Shown here one piece after another: positions 53,666 to 64,000 of a stretch of DNA of 64,000 bases. How positions within the stretch are numbered: the stretch's first letter is position 1; every line of letters starts with the position of its first letter. A program made the translations under genes and the position numbers. The notes beneath the pieces are model-generated. The model was given only the letters and a program-made list of their open reading frames with translations. It did no database searches and was not told where the DNA came from. The DNA comes from Octopus vulgaris. Taxonomy: Eukaryota. The stretch is taken from positions 61,628,001-61,692,000 of the forward strand of contig OX597823.1 in NCBI GenBank assembly GCA_951406725.2. Reading direction: 5' to 3'.

Positions 53666-55249
53666 AGCGATGTTGGGGGGGGACGAACACAGACACACAA
53701 ACATATACACGCACATACACACATATATACATATATACGATGGGCTTCTTTCAGTTTCTGTCTACCAAATCCACTCACAAGGCTTTGCTCGGTCTGAGGC
53801 TATAGTAGAAAACACTTGCCCAAGATGCCACGCAGTGGGACTGAACCCGGAACCATGTGGTTGTTAAACAATCTACTTACCACACAGCCACTCCTGCATG
53901 GAAAACATTTTAATAGTTATCAACTGAAATGTTGCTTGCCAAATATTTTATGACATCGTTGATAACAACTATGATCAGTGCTTCGTTTATATTCCATTTG
54001 CCAAATAATGACGATATATTTATGCCAAAATTCAAATTATGTACGTTATAATGAAGGTAGTTGGTTATAACTTTGAAATATCAAATATAATATGATTCTT
54101 GAGCTCTAAATCATAGAGCCAATAAACAAACCACAAAGATAAGTAAACACTTACAACTCCTGCTGCAGTCTTTAATAAGCACCAAAATGTCAAAATAGCA
54201 GAAAAGAAATACAGATTCAGACATAAAAGAAAGACAACTTATGAATATATAAAGTTTCCTAACCAAAACTTCTATACTGAAGAATGTATGGTTCACAGTA
54301 TGGAAACTTCACAGTATGATCATTAAAATGATTTTGTCCTCAAGTAAATTGGTTATTTCTTACTCTATAATTTTTGATTTAATATACTTCATTCATTATT
54401 ACTTTGGGTGTTATATTTTTTTTCCAGTAACAGAGTTATTATATTCAAAGTATGAATTTAATTAAAAGAGAAGCATAGTGTTGCAAGTGTTGATGAAGCA
54501 TAGTGTTGCAAGATTGGTTATGTTCCATTCTATTGTATATTATAAACATATATATGTATGAATGCATGCATGTTTGTATGTATACATGTATGCATGTATG
54601 TATGTATGTATGTATGTATGTATGTATCTATGTATCTATCTATCTATCAATATATCTATCTATCAACACGTGTGTGTGTGTGTGTGCATCTATATATGTG
54701 CATGTTGTGTAACACACATACATATATCTTAAAGCAAAATATATCATCATCATTATCGACGTCGTCGTCGTCGTCGTTTAACATCCATCTTCCATGCATG
54801 GGTAGGAAGGTTCTCAGGAATTGGCCAGGTAGAAAAATTACCATATGTTACTCTGTTTTGGAAGGGTTTTTTACTGCTGGATGTCCTTCCTAACACCAAC
54901 CACTCTGCCGATTGAACTCAGTGCTTTTTACATGGCACTAGCACAAGTGAGGTTAGGTTTGACATGATTTTTACAGCTGGATGTTCTTCCAAATGCCATC
55001 CACTTTACAGTGTGGACTGGATGCTTTTTATGTGGTACTAGCACTGACAGGATCACCAAGTAACTCACAAGATGAGAAATTATGAGAGGGGCAGGGGCGT
55101 TTGAGGAGGAGAACTCGTGTCAGAGGATGAAAGGTTAGAAGGTGACAGAGAAATAGGGAGGCAGTAATAGGTGCCTTGCTATAGAGGAGGTACATGGCTA
55201 CCCAGCTTCATCAGGGTCTGTCCATTTGGTCATCCTTGAAGTGAACTGA

Positions 55250-56650
55250 CTGAAGTAAATTTTTATTAGTGTTCTGTGGGAGAAGGCTGGTTGTTTATGT
55301 GCTGCTCACCTCAGATTCACACCAGTCACTGTCCGAAGTTAGGGCTTGGTCTAAGATAAGTCAATATCAAGATTAGTGTTTTTGTAAGGTTCATTTTAGT
55401 GGCTGTGTGTGTTATGTTTTTGATTTTGAGTGTAGTGCTTGTATTGAAGTGTTCATGTTTGTTTATATTCATTATTTTTTTCAGTTGGGTTGCTCATGAA
55501 TTGTGTTATACATTGGGCAGGGTATTTTTTTTAATGCTGGTTATTAAATATTTTTATGTTTAGTTTATGTTATTCTATTTGTTAAATCAAGCTCAATTGT
55601 TTCTGGAGCATTGGTTATCTAGAGTTATCCCTATATCTCTTAAAGGTCCTACTGTGCTTGTGCAAGCATCTTGGGGCTTGTTCATGTCTTGTATTAATTA
55701 ATGAGTGTTTTGATGTAAATATTTGGTAAAGTTTTTCTACACATAAGTCACATCTATTTCCCCCTACTCAATAAGGCTTAGCAGTACTAATTAGCTCCCA
55801 TTCGATAGAATAGGTATTGTTTCCCATCTCTAATTGACCAAATTAGTTTGCTTAGGCTTGTATTATTAATTTTTTTCCTCCCATCTCTAAAAGAACTTAA
55901 ATGATTGGCTAGTCTCTTTTATAAAGGTATTCTCTTCCCTCCAAGGTAACTTTGCATCTATAGACCAGATTCTTAATTTGATATCTTAGTTTGACTGGTT
56001 TGCCTATTTCAATAAGCCATTGTGTTATTGACTTCATAAGAAATTTCTTCTATTTTCTCTTTCCATCAGTCCAGTGTTATCTCTGAATTCTCTATGGGTA
56101 TTAGTTTTGGCACTGCTCTTTCTAGCAGTTTGTTCTTCTAATTTTATGCCTGTGAAAGAATTTGTTAGGTCTGTTTCCCTTTGACTGTTGGTCCTTCCGT
56201 AACCATTCCCCCTTCTTTCTATGGTGTCAGTGCCTATGTCACTTCTGTTGTTAGTTATTTCTTCCCTATTATTCAAATTCGGATTATTAAGATCTCCATT
56301 GATGGGCTCCCTATGTTTATGTGGATGTACTATTGCACAAAACCTACAAAGCAACTGAAACCTAAATCCAAATATATTCATATCTTTCAACAAAAGACAT
56401 CTAACACAATAGTAAAGGATGTCTAAAGTTAGACAAGAAATCATTAAGATAAGGGCTTTTGATGCCAATACATACCATTCCTGGCTGATTAGCTGCTGCT
56501 GCTGTTTGAGATTGAAGTGTTTTATCAGCTTTCTTATAATTTTCAGGTACAGTCTTGGTCACAGTTGTAGGTTCAGGGCCAGATCGCTGCAAGATTATGC
56601 AACTTAGTTACCACATGTTTATTCTTCATGCATTTTTTATACTCACTTTC
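55250..56650 (-). mobile_element. Very old LINE remnant (APE-like)
   Basis: Only PINGDLNNPN (GDFN.P-like) is recognisable, in ORF 56034-56468. Confidence 0.3.
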
Positions 56651-58826
56651 ATAGGAATCTGAGCCAACAAGGCAGTTTCAGTCTACCAAGCCAGCCCCAG
56701 CAAATGGGGAGGATGAGGCAATAAGGAAGTGAAAAGGCAGTATGGAAACTGAGTAAAACAAGGAGCTAAGGCAATGATTCATAAGTTACTGAGAGAGAGA
56801 GACAAGGAATCAACTAGGAATCATTGATCTACCAAGTTAGTTGAGACCTCCAGTGTTCTTGGCCCCTGGACCATATACCTGCTCACTGCAATCAGGGCAG
56901 AGATTGTTGTCAATAAGGGCAAGCCTCATGTGTCAAAGTGACCATTCCAGCGCATCTACCTTGCTATCATCCAGAGTAATGTCTGTTCCATTTTGTCTGC
57001 TGGTGCTATGAGAAATGTTTCCATAATGTGAGAGGCAAGATTCTCCATTAGCCACTTATTTACTACATTGTACAAAATGATATGTCAATAGTGGGGTACA
57101 GTCAACTGAGTGGATTTTAAGCCAATGTATGGGTAGAAGCCAGCGAGGGGAGCCATAACAATGAGGGAGTGAGTCTGTAGACTTAAACTGAGTACCATGG
57201 AACCATGAACCAACATTAGAACCTAAAGTCAATGAGTCACTCAAATTGTTAGAAATAGCAGCAATATTTTCATCATGTCACACCTAACTGCTTTTAAAAT
57301 AGGATGGATGAGATTGGGAAAAATAACAGGTATGTCATGGCTGGATTGTCTATCGTCAAGAATGCATGCAGGAAGTTTTGTTCAAGGAAGCTGTAAAACA
57401 TGAATCAAATCAATAGCAACAGCTTTACATTGATTTTATGTTTTCACCACAGAGACATGACTTCTCGTTGCTCCAATTTAATTGGGTTTTTTTTTATTTA
57501 ATCAGTATATTTGGAAAACAAAAGCAAAATAGACAATAACAGCTACAACTGGAATACTTTAGATCATAGGTTTGCTTGATCAGTCCTGATTGGAAACTGA
57601 GCAACAAAAACCATTTAACACATAATTATTTCTAGCATAAGCACAAGGCCTCGACTTGTGGGACAAATTGTATATAAAACATATGCATTTCTCTGAAAAA
57701 TCAATGTACCAGCATAACACAGCAGCATGAGGACTTAAAGTGCGAAACTGGTCAAAAATCTAGTGTTAGATAAGTTAGAATTTAACTTGTTCAGCTCTGA
57801 TAGTTGAGAGCATGTCCAAAGTTGTACACTGAAAGAATTCCTCCTAGAGTATATGAATTTAGCATTCTGATACCAAATTGCATGAGACCACCTTTGGTTC
57901 TGTGATACAAATTTCCTGTTTAAAATGATCTACATTAAAACTGTCCATCAAAATTTCATGTTGATTTATGTTCCAAACATTAGCTTAATTAAGATAAAGC
58001 TAGTTTGCTAAATTCTTCGTTAATTGCAAAATTAATTGAAATGTAGACTATGAATTTCAATAAGGTCTAAACATGATAATAACAATGTTTTGATTTGGAG
58101 TTACACACATGGCAAAAATAGGCTATCCTATATATCAGATCAAGGGTCTTATGAACAAGTACAGCCTAACTAGAGATCTTGGAGAAGACCATATTTTCTT
58201 GTGCCTTGAGTAATTCAGGCAGACATAAATTTTTCAGCATCTCAATGAGCTGAATTAACCATAGAAATAATCAAATAATCATCAAAGGTAAGAAAATCTA
58301 AATGCTGTTTGTAACAATGGCGTGGTTATAGTTGATTATATCAACCTCAGTACATGAAGAGTATTTTATTTAATTAACTGTGGTGCTTGAATGATACTTT
58401 ACTTTTTCAAATACTATACTTAAGTGGTTCTTTATTTCACCAATTTTAGAAAAACTAAAAGCAAAGTGGAGCTCGGTAGAAGTTCAAACTAGAACGAAGG
58501 AAGTTAGAACACCGCAAGATATTTTGTCTACCAAATTAGCAGTTCTGCCAATCTACTGCCCTAACATAACAAATAATTCTGTCTATTATAGGCACAAGGC
58601 CTGAAAGCTTGTGGGAGAGAGGTTGTTCACTACATCATCTCAAGTGTTCAACTGGTACTTTTTATCAACCCTGAAAGGATGAAAGGCAAATTTAACCTCA
58701 GAAGAATTTGAACTCAGAATGTGAAGCTGGAAAAAATGTTGCTACATGTGCCAAGTATACCAATGATACTGCTGGTTCACTGCATTTATATAACAAAATC
58801 AAAACACACAGTATAAAAATACTTAC

Positions 58827-59156
58827 CTTTGGAAGCAGGTGTTTTACATCAAGGGGAGTGAAATCTGTGATACCAAAGTGTCTGTTGTAATAAGCCTTGG
58901 TGAAGTTATCACAGTCATAGACAAGAAAGACTCGGCCATATATATTGATGGTTTTACCTATGATGAAGTCTGGTGGAGTGAGGTATTCCCTGACTTCATG
59001 GTTGGTGAGTTCCATTGAGATGGCTGGGTATGTGGAGGGAACATTGCAGCGGTTTTTGGGTACTTTGTCACGTTTTATAAGGACAGGGAAAGGGTCTCTG
59101 CCATCATTCTCATGGTGGATTTCTCGAACTTCCAGTGTGTCATCAGACAGGTAATA
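58827..59156 (-). CDS. EFHC1: EFHC1/Rib72 homologue, exon encoding most of DM10 domain 2
   Basis: ttttctag|TATTAC...CCAAAG|gtaagt, 330 nt, phase 0/0. Translates [34 protein letters not shown]...DFIIGKTINIYGRVFLVYDCDNFTKAYYNRHFGITDFTPLDVKHLLPK, matching the recalled human EFHC1 motifs [24 protein letters not shown] and LGRTFFIYDCDPFTRRYY. Confidence 0.95.
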
Positions 59157-59564
59157 CTAGAAAATAGATTAAGTATTTAGATGTTATGCTGAAATATATA
59201 TATGTGTGTGTGTTTGTGTGTGTTGATGTCAAATAATGAGAATGAATGCTCAATACTGCATTAGTGGATAAAGATTCTATATTTATGGGTAAAGGCTACC
59301 ATTGGTTTCATGTTAAGAGAAGTCCCTTAACAATTATCAAGCCTGCCACATGGAACATCAGTGTTTGTCTCCCTTTTGGATTAGAAATATATGCATGTGT
59401 GTGTGTGTGTGTGTTTAGAAAGTTAGAAGTTAGGGCCTGTCACAGAATGATCATTAGTTTCACACATATAAAGCACTTAGTATAAGTGACTCATAAGACT
59501 CAAATGACTGAAGGTGCATAATCTCTCTAGCTCAGATATATGATCTACTAATGATGTATGTATA

Positions 59565-60430
59565 TACAGAGTGCAACGGATCAACTGTCACCATTTTATA
59601 TATTTTATTTCCTGCATGTGCATTGTTTGTTTTAGATTTTGTTGACTACACAGTATAGTAAGGTCAGTTGGGCACCATCTTTGAGAAAAACAGCACTATG
59701 ACACAATTCCCTTTGCCAGAAATTTGGAAATGACATGCTATGCTGCTTGCCATTCATGCTGGAAGCTCCAATATGAACAGATAGTGAACACACAGAACAA
59801 CCATTGGCTTGCCATGTCCCCAAAACATGTACCAAGAGTGATAAAAATCAAATATCTAGTCAACATCATGGTGTTTGGTGTGATCATTAGGGATGGCAAT
59901 GTTAAGCCTCCATTCATCTTCCCACCACATGGCCTCAGACTTAACACGGAGGCCTACATCAAGTGCCTGGAGGAGGTAGTGCTGCACTGGGTCAAGAGGG
60001 TGGCTGCTGGAACACCCTGTGTCTGGCAACAGACTCTGCACCATGCCATACAAGCAGAAGAACCAAGTCGTAGCCGTGATACAATTTCTGTGACCACATC
60101 ACCCCTAACATCTGGCCACCTAACTCTCCAGACTGCAACCCATTTGATTATTATGTGTGGGATGCAGTTGAGCAAGAGACCAACAAAACTCTTTGTAACA
60201 TCAAAGATGAACTGATGGCAATGATTATAGCAGCATTCACCAACTTACACCTGGAGACTGTCCAGAAGAGTTGCAGGAGATTCTAAAGTTGTCTGAAACC
60301 AATGGTGATTTTATTGAATAAATCTACTCTTTAGTATTTCAAGATATTTTTATGTAATTTTGGTAAATATATCTGTGAAAATGAGATGTCAGTGATATTT
60401 TCATTTCTGCATAACTTATATGACAATATA
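59565..60430 (+). mobile_element. Tc1/mariner (maT/DD37D-like) transposase remnant
   Basis: NIMVFGVIIRDGNVKPPFIF, LRLNTEAYIKCLEEVVLHW, VWQQ/SAPCH, IWPPNSPDCNPFDYYVW across frameshifts. Confidence 0.88.
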
Positions 60431-61757
60431 TTTACCATACATATATGAATATATATATATACATATATATATACATACACACATACACACACACATATAC
60501 ATACATATATACATATACACATGCAATAGGCTTCCACACAGTTTCTATCTACTTAATTCACTCACACGCTATTGGTCAACTCAGCATTATAGTAGAAGAT
60601 CCTCAAGCTGCACTTTAAACAATCTGAATGTTTACAAGAGTTGTGATTTTTCTTGGAAATAAAATATTACAACCAAGTACAATACTTACTTTTTACATAC
60701 ATTTTCATATAAAAAAATATCATTGTGTTATTAGTAATCAGAAACATGATGATGTATCAAAGACCAATACAAATTCATTGTATTACTTGTGTATGTATGC
60801 ATTATGTATGTATACACACATGCATACACATATAGATATATAGCACAAAGCAAAGCTAACTTTTTTTGGTGAAAGGATGCATCAATTTTTGAACTAAGTT
60901 TGAAATGCAAGACCAGCCACAACAAGACTTGAAATCAGATTCCAGAGATACAATGGTAAAATATTTCATAAAATATTTATTCCAGCACTGCATCATTTCT
61001 GACAATTAACAGTTCTATTTCAAAACTCAGTATTCATTACACACCAAATGGAAGTAATTGTTTCATTGCAACCTGTTCAAAGATAAATAACTAGATGCTT
61101 CCAAACGTTTCCATACACAATTCACTAAACCTTTCCCAAACACACATTCTATATATCTTTCTGAAACCCACACACACTGTGCCATTCCCAAACACAAAAA
61201 CATGCAGCACGTGATAGATAGCATTCTGTTGATGCTACTGTCATGGCAAGAAGCATCAACTTCCGTTCATGAACAAAAGATGAAAATTTTGCCATAATCC
61301 ATTGCACTTGAAATAATTCCAAATGGAGATCAATGTTCTGTAAAAGAGTTTTCAGTGAGCAATAACCATCTCCTAAAATACAATTTATTGTTAGAGATTA
61401 ATTATAAATGCATAGCTTCTGGTTTTTACATTTCATTTTATTTTTATATTCACTTATCTAATGAGATATATATATATATATATATATATGTATAGATACA
61501 TGCAAACATACATACATGTATGTGTGCATGTGTGTATGTATATATACATATATATACATACATATATACATATACATATACATACATGCATGCAATACAT
61601 ATATATATATATATATATATATATCCATGCATACATACAAACACACACACACACATATATGTATATATGTACAGATATAATTGTACATAACTAAATATCT
61701 ATATGTATATTAATATATATATGTATTCATATACATATATATATATATGTATGTATG

Positions 61758-61810
<53 letters not shown>

Positions 61811-61974
61811 TTGAAAATGGTTGCGTCATGTCCAATCAAATATTAAATAATAAATTAATATATAATATACGCACACAGACATACATATATATACATATAC
61901 ATATATATATATATATATATATAACATATACATACATATATATACACATGTACATGTACATATATATATATATG

Positions 61975-62215
61975 TACATGCATATATGGGTATAGGACGT
62001 CAATAATGGTGCAAGCAACAGGAGAAGTAAACACAGAGAAAGGACCCTTCAGTTGTCTACTGTCTATCTACACCTTATTTCGAGCAGACATCTGACAAGT
62101 GATAAGAGGTCCTTTCTCTGTGTTTACTTGTCCTCTTTTCCATTTTTTTCTTGTTCTTTGTGTATTTCATGTTATTTGCACCGTTGGTGACGTCCTGTAC
62201 CCATATATACATGTG
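61975..62215. mobile_element. Fold-back element in (TA)n
   Basis: atatgggtataggacgtca...gtaaacacagagaaaggacc is inverted as ggtcctttctctgtgtttac...tgacgtcctgtacccatat. Confidence 0.8.
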
Positions 62216-62219
62216 TGTT

Positions 62220-62278
<59 letters not shown>

Positions 62279-62552
62279 TTGTGTTTGTGTGTGTATATTA
62301 TATATTATTTATCATTTATTATATATATATATATAAATATATATACTTATATATCTATACACACACACACACACAAACACATACACACACACACACATAT
62401 ACACAAGGAAGGGAATTAACTAACATCAGAAATAGGACCAGTTTAAAAAACATGAATATTGTATCAGCTTATACAGAAGAAATGAGTCACCTAGAAAATA
62501 TATTTCTGAGCAACAGAAGCCAAGCCCATCATATAAGGCCCCAACCACTCTC

Positions 62553-62601
<49 letters not shown>

Positions 62602-62649
62602 TGCAGAATAAATATTTTCATTCATATATATATATATATGCATGCATAC

Positions 62650-62675
<26 letters not shown>

Positions 62676-62682
<7 letters not shown>

Positions 62683-62864
62683 ACAATTTAGGAATGGCCT
62701 TAACAGGCCATTCGTCCACTAGACAGAGCAGCCTGTTACGAATGGCCTGTTAAGGCCATTCCTAAATTGTTATATATTTACATTTTTGTCTCATGACTAT
62801 TTTTCTTCTCCACTGGGCCTGGTAGTGATAAATTTCTATCGAATTTTTTACTACCCTATATTGA

Positions 62865-62870
<6 letters not shown>
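62676..62870. mobile_element. Fold-back element in (TA)n with perfect 40-bp arms
   Basis: 62676-62715 is the exact reverse complement of 62738-62777; each arm holds an internal hairpin gaatggcct-N4-aggccattc; extra tail to ~62870. Confidence 0.85.
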
Positions 62871-62902
<32 letters not shown>

Positions 62903-63337
62903 TGAAGGATATGTATATATCTATGTAATTGTCTATATATCTATATATATATACATATCTCTCTCCTTCTCTCTCTCTCTATATATATATTTATATTTAA
63001 GTGTGTACATATATATCTATATCCATATATATGTAGATTATATATATGTAGATTATATATATATAGATAGATATAGATATATATACGTACATATATACAT
63101 ACATATTTCTTTACTACCCACAAGGGGCTAAACACAGAGAGGATAAACAAGGACAGACAAACGGACTAAGTCAATTATATCGACCCCAGTGTGTAACTAG
63201 TACTTATTTAATCGACCCCGAAAGAATGAAAGGCAAAGTCGACCTTGGCGGAATTTGAACCCAGAACGTAACGGCAGACGAAATACCACTAAGCATTTCG
63301 CCCGGCGTGCTAACGATTCTGCCAGCTCACCGCCTTA

Positions 63338-63371
<34 letters not shown>

Positions 63372-63855
63372 TATATGTATATCTATCTATACATGTGTGA
63401 GTGTGTGTGTGTGTGTGTGCACACACGTGCTTTTATGCATGTGTACATGTATGTATATATATTTATATATGGATGAACGGATATATGTATGTATGTGCAT
63501 ATTGCATTCTAGTCATGTACATGCATGCATTTGCCTGCCAGTTCATGCATATGCTACTTTTCATGCATGTTAATGTCTTATGTATAGTTTTGCTTGCTGC
63601 AACAGCATGTAACCCTGTATGTGCATGCATGCATGTATGCATGTGTTTTGCATATATGTGGCAACATGAGGGCCAGCAGCTTAGTTTCTACTTAATTGTA
63701 CATTGGCTGCGTGGTAAATAGCTTGCTTACCAACCACATGGTTCTGGGTTCAGTCCTACTGTGTGGCACCTCGGGCAAGTGCATTCAACTATAGCTTCAG
63801 GCCGACCAAAGCCTTGTGAGTGGATTTGGTAGACGGAAACTGAAAGAAGCCTGTC

Positions 63856-63923
<68 letters not shown>

Positions 63924-64000
63924 ATATATATGTGTGTGTGTGTGTTTGTGTGTCTGTGTTTGTCCCACCCCACCAAAATCGCTTGACAGCTGATGCTGCT

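Overview
AT-rich, microsatellite-saturated animal genomic DNA. The SINE/RTE repeat repertoire suggests an octopus or other coleoid cephalopod (inference). Almost all ORFs in the track are microsatellite artefacts. One host gene spans the window on the minus strand: an EFHC1/Rib72 homologue. Six phase-compatible GT-AG exons were reconstructed by hand (59156-58827, 51037-50987, 41890-41756, 39727-39433, 30858-30780, 9177-8985), encoding most of DM10 domain 2, DM10 domain 3 and the EF-hand; the 5' exons and the terminal exon were not found. The introns hold tRNA-like SINEs, RTE LINE pieces (one young copy with an in-frame PHD finger and a 61-bp hairpin array in its 3'UTR), Tigger/pogo, maT and mariner remnants, piggyBac-type MITEs, Helitron-like elements and a Penelope GIY-YIG remnant. 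The most striking unexplained signal is a set of sequence-unrelated short fold-back elements lodged in (TA)n tracts. Several carry minimal type-I hammerhead ribozyme cores with palindromic, probably dimer-dependent stem III, sometimes on both strands. Also notable: the normally conserved EFHC1 inter-DM10 linker is replaced and there is an extra micro-exon; two templated local duplications; and a duplicated intronic segment with a 66-bp invariant hairpin core. All structures were read by eye; nothing was computed or searched.
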